Source of the DNA: Amoebophrya sp. A120 | Lineage: Eukaryota; Protista; Dinoflagellata | Assembly (NCBI GenBank): GCA_905178155.1 | Contig: CAJINV010000018.1 | Coordinates: 1,178,501 to 1,242,500, forward strand | DNA: 64,000 bases | Direction of reading: 5' to 3' | Part shown: positions 59,801 to 64,000 of the stretch, piece by piece | How positions within the stretch are numbered: position 1 is the stretch's first letter | Layout of the letters: each line of letters opens with the position of its first letter | Notes under the pieces: generated by a model | The model's input: only the letters and a program-made list of their open reading frames with translations | Told to the model about the DNA's origin: nothing | The model's database searches: none | Made by a program: the position numbers and the translations under genes

Positions 59801-60142
59801 CTGCTGCAAAGAACCCAACGGCGGCTGCAATTGATGCCCTGCGACGGCCGCTGCCTGCCGCTGCTGCGCGAGTAAGAGCTGTTGCTGCTGCGCTAGAAAG
59901 TGTTGCTGCTGCTGGTGTTGTTGTCCAATCTGCATATGCGGCATAGCCATTGGCGCACCTGCTGCTCCGGGTGCCATGCCTACGCCCATCATCCCCATAG
60001 TATTCATCATACCCGCCGGCGGAATCTGCATGCGGGGCAGCGGCCCTCCTGCAGCGGTACCCGCGGGGGTGTTTTGGTACAAGTTCGCGTACGAATTATT
60101 GTTGGGGTTCGACGGTGCACCTCCGCCGCTGCCTGGGTTCAT
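53853..60142 (-). CDS. PRP38: PRP38B-like pre-mRNA splicing factor with Q/M/A-rich N-terminus and RS/RD-rich C-terminus; 8 IEs
   Basis: CCVYRLLQLRPSTEELTNLLEHSNPFVRCVALLMIRFV..FEWIKPYLLD, TLTIGEFAEKL..KY..LLPRL and GRDYATKPQGYK. Confidence 0.82.
54525..54787. mobile_element. IE, family A, in PRP38 CDS
   Basis: GCCCG/GGCCG repeat. Confidence 0.88.
54920..55803. mobile_element. IE, family J, expanded by a ~725-bp GC-rich nested insertion
   Basis: CTCTC direct repeat; ends match 41027-41177 inverted; removal gives IQYREEDRDS. Confidence 0.86.
56611..56872. mobile_element. IE, family A, in PRP38 CDS
   Basis: ATCTC direct repeat. Confidence 0.9.
56924..57075. mobile_element. IE, family E, in PRP38 CDS
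   Basis: GGGTT/GCGTC diverged repeat. Confidence 0.85.
57145..57397. mobile_element. IE, family A, in PRP38 CDS
   Basis: CGGGT direct repeat. Confidence 0.9.
57966..58184. mobile_element. IE, family I (long TIR TATGACAGTGCACAACTCCCCCTC), in PRP38 CDS
   Basis: TCTTT direct repeat; removal gives DVQKIVPV. Confidence 0.92.
58351..58503. mobile_element. IE, family E, in PRP38 CDS
   Basis: TAGCC/TATAC diverged repeat; removal gives CCVYRLL. Confidence 0.86.
58569..58836. mobile_element. IE, family A, in PRP38 CDS
   Basis: TAGTG/TAGTC repeat; removal gives VD(D/H)YEPY. Confidence 0.88.
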
Positions 60143-61892
60143 TTTGCGATTCGAGAAAAACAATTTTTGAATTGATGCTGTGTCTAGCTTATAGTACGAC
60201 GCTCGTATAAAAATCTTCGCACTCCAGAAAAGGGACGCGACATCAACCTTCTGCGAGGGTGCTCTAGAGGCTCCGTCGAGGTGAGGAGCCTCAGCATCAT
60301 CTTCATGCGTGCTGGGTCCAAATGGTGTAATCGAGGAATAGGCGCTTTCTACTTTGTACTTTGCCACGAAGTGAATAGGTTGTGGGGAATTTTTCACTGT
60401 CATATGGCACAAAAAGAAGCGATAGGGTCGCAGTTTTTTTTACAAGTCTAGCAGATGTTGAACTTGAGACGTCGATTCGCAGCTTTGATCTCCGGATCCT
60501 TTCCGAGCAAGAATTTTGTCTTCCAGGAGCAGTCGTATGGCGACAAGTGCTAATTTTGAGTTCTCCGATGATCGGTGTACTGTATTTTGAAGCGCACGAC
60601 GACGGCAACCATCTATGCGAATAGACCAAGGTATGAGATCGATTGCGCAAGTGGGCCGCGCGGTAACACGCACCAAAGTTTATTTTGCATGCTGACGAGG
60701 TACCTGGGGGCCGCGTCTTCCCGTGCGAGGTGAGACGCAAGCGTAGGCCTTTGCCCCCCCTTTTGGTACCTCCGCGGCACCGTAGAAGCTCAATGACAAA
60801 AAGGACCAGCCGACCGAGGAGTGGGCACGGAGGCCACCTCGGGAAGGTCAATTTTGCGACGGCGCGGGCCGGGGTTGATTCATCTCGCGGCAGGGTGGCC
60901 CGGCGGCGCTTTATCTCACGCGGGAGAGGCGCGTCGCCGCTTCATCATGCGCGTGACAGCATTTCGCGCGGCGCCCTCCCCCGGCGCGCGCGCGCGCCGC
61001 CCGGAGGCTTTCCCTTCCCGGTGCGGGGGCTGGGGGTGGAGGCAAGCCGGGCGCCGGACTGGGACGCTAGAGCGCGCCGCGTAGCGCACGGGCAACGCCG
61101 CGGCCCCGCCCCCGGCATGATCGGCGGGGCGGCGGCCCGGGCGCCGCAGGCTCCGACCGGGGTCCACGCGGCCCGCGACCGCGCCGCATTTCCGGGGTTT
61201 TAGCATGGTAACTCCCCAGGTAATGCACCGCGCCCCGCCGGCGCGAGGAGCGCCCGACGACCCACCAGGGGCGCCCTTCCATGCGAGGAGCCCAGTACTG
61301 GGCCAGAGGTGCAGGTGCCGGCAAGGGAGGTGATTTTTTTTGTATTTTCTGCAAGAAATGGAATACATCATCCCAGGCACGTCCATCGACTTCCGCAGAT
61401 AGAATAAAGGGAATAAACTACGACACAAGGGACACTTCTACTCATCATATTGCTTTACCTAAGTCAGTTTGTAGCACTGCTCATCGGCGGGCATTTTTTT
61501 GAAGAGGTGTGCGCATGGACACAGAGCGTTAAAATCCGACCAGAATTGCTGGACATCTCCCGAGAGTCCATTTGTTGTCGATTGTCCATTATGTACAATA
61601 TTAAAATGAAGGCAGATTTGTATTTTTTTAAGATTTTTCAAAATATGAAAAAAAATTCAAAATTTCCACGGTGGAAAAAAGTGCCGACTGCACAATCCAA
61701 AACCATGAAATGAAAGGCATTAAAGATGATGCCTGTCATTTATTTATTTGTTGACTTATTATATGCTTACCTTTGTGCATTTTTTTCATATTCTCAAGAA
61801 GTGAAAATTTTTGAAAAATTAGAAAAATAAAAATAATGAGAGTCCACGTGGTGAGGGGAAGTTGAAAGACAACCAATGCAGATGAGGCCGTT

Positions 61893-62032
61893 AACAATTG
61901 TGGTGTTGGTGGGGTGCACACCACCAGCGCCACAAACTGTGATGCCTGCGCCTGTAAGTAGAAACAATTGTGGTGTTGGTGGGGTGCACACCACCAGCGC
62001 CGCAAACTGTGATGCCTGCGCCTGTAAGTAGA
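61893..62032. repeat. Two tandem copies of a 70-bp unit, each containing a hairpin
   Basis: AACAATTGTGGTGTTGGTGGGGTGCACACCACCAGCGCC.CAAACTGTGATGCCTGCGCCTGTAAGTAGA twice. Confidence 0.92.
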
Positions 62033-62349
62033 TCGTAGATTTTACAGCGTTAAGCCAGTCGCGTCGTACTTAGCCTTCTAGGGTCGTAGTCGTATGCCAG
62101 GAGTGGGGGGAGAGAATCGGAAGGCACAAGAGAGAACTCCGTGTGGTAAGATCGTACTCAGGTCGTAGCTCGTGGATGTCCGCATGCTGGCACACAAGGA
62201 AGAACTTCATGCACAATGTGACTGCACTGGGGTGCTCTTTAGGTTGGTTCTACTATCTCGAGTTCCGGACGAAGGTCGTCTGGTGGTTCTGCCGCATCTG
62301 GGAAGCGTGTTCCTAGTGCGTTGCTAAGATAGTTCGATGCTATTTAACA

Positions 62350-62365
62350 TGGTGCCGTAACTCCG
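62350..62365 (+). promoter_or_regulatory. Primer binding site, tRNA-His-like
   Basis: TGGTGCCGTAACTCCG resembles the complement of the eukaryotic tRNA-His 3' end (TGGTGCCGTGACTCGG) and abuts the LTR-terminal CA. Confidence 0.6.
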
Positions 62366-62618
62366 CAGAGGCTGCCGGGGTGACTTCTTCTATTTCCTCA
62401 CGGCGCGACGAGGTGGGACCCGTTCGCGACCTGTTTCTGCACGTTTCTAGGTGTTCGTCTTCGCGGCGTCACGACGACGAGCTTCACCGCCTTCGCTACC
62501 CCCGGAGGATCGCTAAACACGCTTGAAAACCGGTGAGGCGTCTTTTGCGGCCGTAGGGTAGCATTGTCCGGATACCGACCGGGCGGCAGGTTTTCCCCGC
62601 ACCTAATTCCGACCGGAA

Positions 62619-63932
62619 ATGGCGAAGAAGCAGCGGAAGGGAAGTAAAACCCGCGGGGCGGGCGCAGATGACGAGTTCGACAGCGGTTCCTCGGTCTCAA
62701 GCGGTGCTATGAACGCGATCAGCACCTCCATGAGCACGATCGCGGACGCCATGGCCAAGCAGGGCGAGGCTATGGCGAGGCAGACGGACATGCTGACCAT
62801 GGTGCTTGGCAAGTTAGCGGCGCCGGAAAAGCCGAGCTCAGGTCTGGCAGCAGAGAAGGCGACCGAGCCGGCGGTGAGCAGCGCGAGCAGCGCTACAGGA
62901 GCTTCGGAAACCCGCACGAGCTTGGCGTTTCAGCACAAGATGTTCTCCGACCTCGCTTCCTCTTCCCCAGCCGAGCAGGCGGAGCCCGGAACCGCCATTG
63001 CAGCGATGTTATCGGACTGGCTCGACTTCCCGCAGCCGTCGGGACGCACGCTGACGCCGCAAGAGACGATCAAGGCGGACAAGATTTCGGACCAGATGCC
63101 ACACTTCCAGCCGGACAAGGAGTCAATGGCGAAGTACCTGCCGCGGCTTGCGAAGTGGGCGCGGATGATGATGAAGCTGGAATTCGACGAGGAAAGCGTC
63201 TTCGACCTTATCGCGGTCGGGGCCTTCAAGGTGCACGCGGAATCGCAGGAGACGGTGGAAAACATCGCGGGGAAATCGCTTTTCGCCTTGGCGAAACAGC
63301 TTTTGCTGGACAACACCGGGACGCCGTCCACGGCGCTGAACGATCGCACCACCGCCCTGCTCCAGTCGCTGAGACCGCGGGGCACCAAGGTCGGGGACTT
63401 CGTCCGGGCCAAGGAGCGGGAGTACACCGCCTTGGCGAAGATGTCCGCTGGGGTCAGCAGCCTGGTGGCGGGTGATGCGATTCTCCGCACGGCACTGCTG
63501 GATCGCGCCACCCAGCGCATGGCGCGGCTGGTGTTCGGGGAGCAGACGACAGTTTCCAAGGTGTGCTACACCTTGAAACACAGCGGGGCGGCAAATGACA
63601 CGGAGATTTACCCGCGGGACAGCCAGCCGGTGAACCAAGCCAATCTGATGACCTGCCCGCCGGTGGATACCGAGCCGAGCTACACGGGGGAAGAGTGGTC
63701 GGACTGGTTTCGCGGCCACCTCAACAACGGTTATCAGCTTTTGTACACCGGCACGGGGAACGGGAACCGCGGACCCGGCGGGGGAACGCACTGCGGCTTG
63801 GGCGACCGGTGCTACTTCTTCATCAAGTACGGAAACTGCAAGAAGATCCACACAGCGGCCGAGAAGGAGACTTTGCGCAAGAAGCGGGCCGAGTACGTCG
63901 CCAAATTTGGCGAGAACAAGAATCCCCCGTGA
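62619..63932 (+). CDS. Gag-like protein with a C-terminal Cys3-His zinc finger
   Basis: Intronless, GC-rich, opposite strand to all host genes; helical core FQPDKESMAKYLPRLAKW; CGLGDRCYFFIKYGNCKKIH. Confidence 0.65.
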   Translation: MAKKQRKGSKTRGAGADDEFDSGSSVSSGAMNAISTSMSTIADAMAKQGEAMARQTDMLTMVLGKLAAPEKPSSGLAAEKATEPAVSSASSATGASETRTSLAFQHKMFSDLASSSPAEQAEPGTAIAAMLSDWLDFPQPSGRTLTPQETIKADKISDQMPHFQPDKESMAKYLPRLAKWARMMMKLEFDEESVFDLIAVGAFKVHAESQETVENIAGKSLFALAKQLLLDNTGTPSTALNDRTTALLQSLRPRGTKVGDFVRAKEREYTALAKMSAGVSSLVAGDAILRTALLDRATQRMARLVFGEQTTVSKVCYTLKHSGAANDTEIYPRDSQPVNQANLMTCPPVDTEPSYTGEEWSDWFRGHLNNGYQLLYTGTGNGNRGPGGGTHCGLGDRCYFFIKYGNCKKIHTAAEKETLRKKRAEYVAKFGENKNPP

Positions 63933-64000
63933 CTATCTAGTGGAAACACGAAACGCAGCAGCCGGAAAGAAAACAGCACAGCCACGCGCCGCGACGTGGC

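Larger units (their letters stand above)
62023..64000 (+). mobile_element. 5' part of an LTR retrotransposon (putative LTR 62023-62349, PBS, gag); truncated by the window
   Basis: TGTAAGTAGATCG...CGATGCTATTTAACA imperfect inverted ends, directly followed by TGGTGCCGTAACTCCG and an intronless 437-aa ORF. Confidence 0.65.

Noticed and set aside
601-60142. Genes as transposon-killed pseudogenes
   Set aside because: No stops or frameshifts remained at the junctions I reconstructed, and catalytic motifs are intact
21546-60142. Stop-codon reassignment as reported for one Amoebophrya isolate
   Set aside because: Conserved exons have no in-frame stops and genes end at TAA, TAG or TGA where expected
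60685-61428. GC-rich ORFs of 170-172 aa upstream of PRP38
   Set aside because: R/A/G/P-rich frames expected from extreme GC content, with no recognisable domain
62930-63851. Long minus-strand ORFs
   Set aside because: Antisense shadows of the GC-rich gag ORF
1-64000. Autonomous transposase, tRNA/rRNA genes or relic dinoflagellate spliced leader
   Set aside because: None recognised by eye; a covariance-model or HMM search would be needed to exclude them

Overview
This is eukaryotic DNA whose architecture matches the parasitic dinoflagellate Amoebophrya (Syndiniales); that assignment is an inference from structure, not a database hit. About 13 host genes all lie on the minus strand: DRC7, a secreted or type-I membrane protein, a dual-specificity phosphatase, an EXD1-like exonuclease with a KH domain, coatomer alpha, a Spc24-like protein, fructose-1,6-bisphosphatase, a PRP38B-like splicing factor and several unknowns. 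The 5' end of an LTR retrotransposon lies on the plus strand at the right edge. The dominant feature is 66 short (141-884 bp) non-autonomous transposon-like elements in about 10 TIR families. Almost all interrupt coding sequence and behave as non-canonical introns (introner elements, IEs). The families share TAT...ATA ends, a 5-nt flanking duplication and a repeated internal GCAT[G/C/T]ACA motif. Deleting an element plus exactly 5 nt restored the reading frame at every junction I translated in the recognisable genes, in either element orientation and usually with no GT-AG available. Diverged duplications place the junction after base 4 of the 5-nt repeat, giving an intron of the form N-TAT...ATA-NNNN with an invariant +2 T. 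No transposase is visible in the window. All coordinates were counted by hand.
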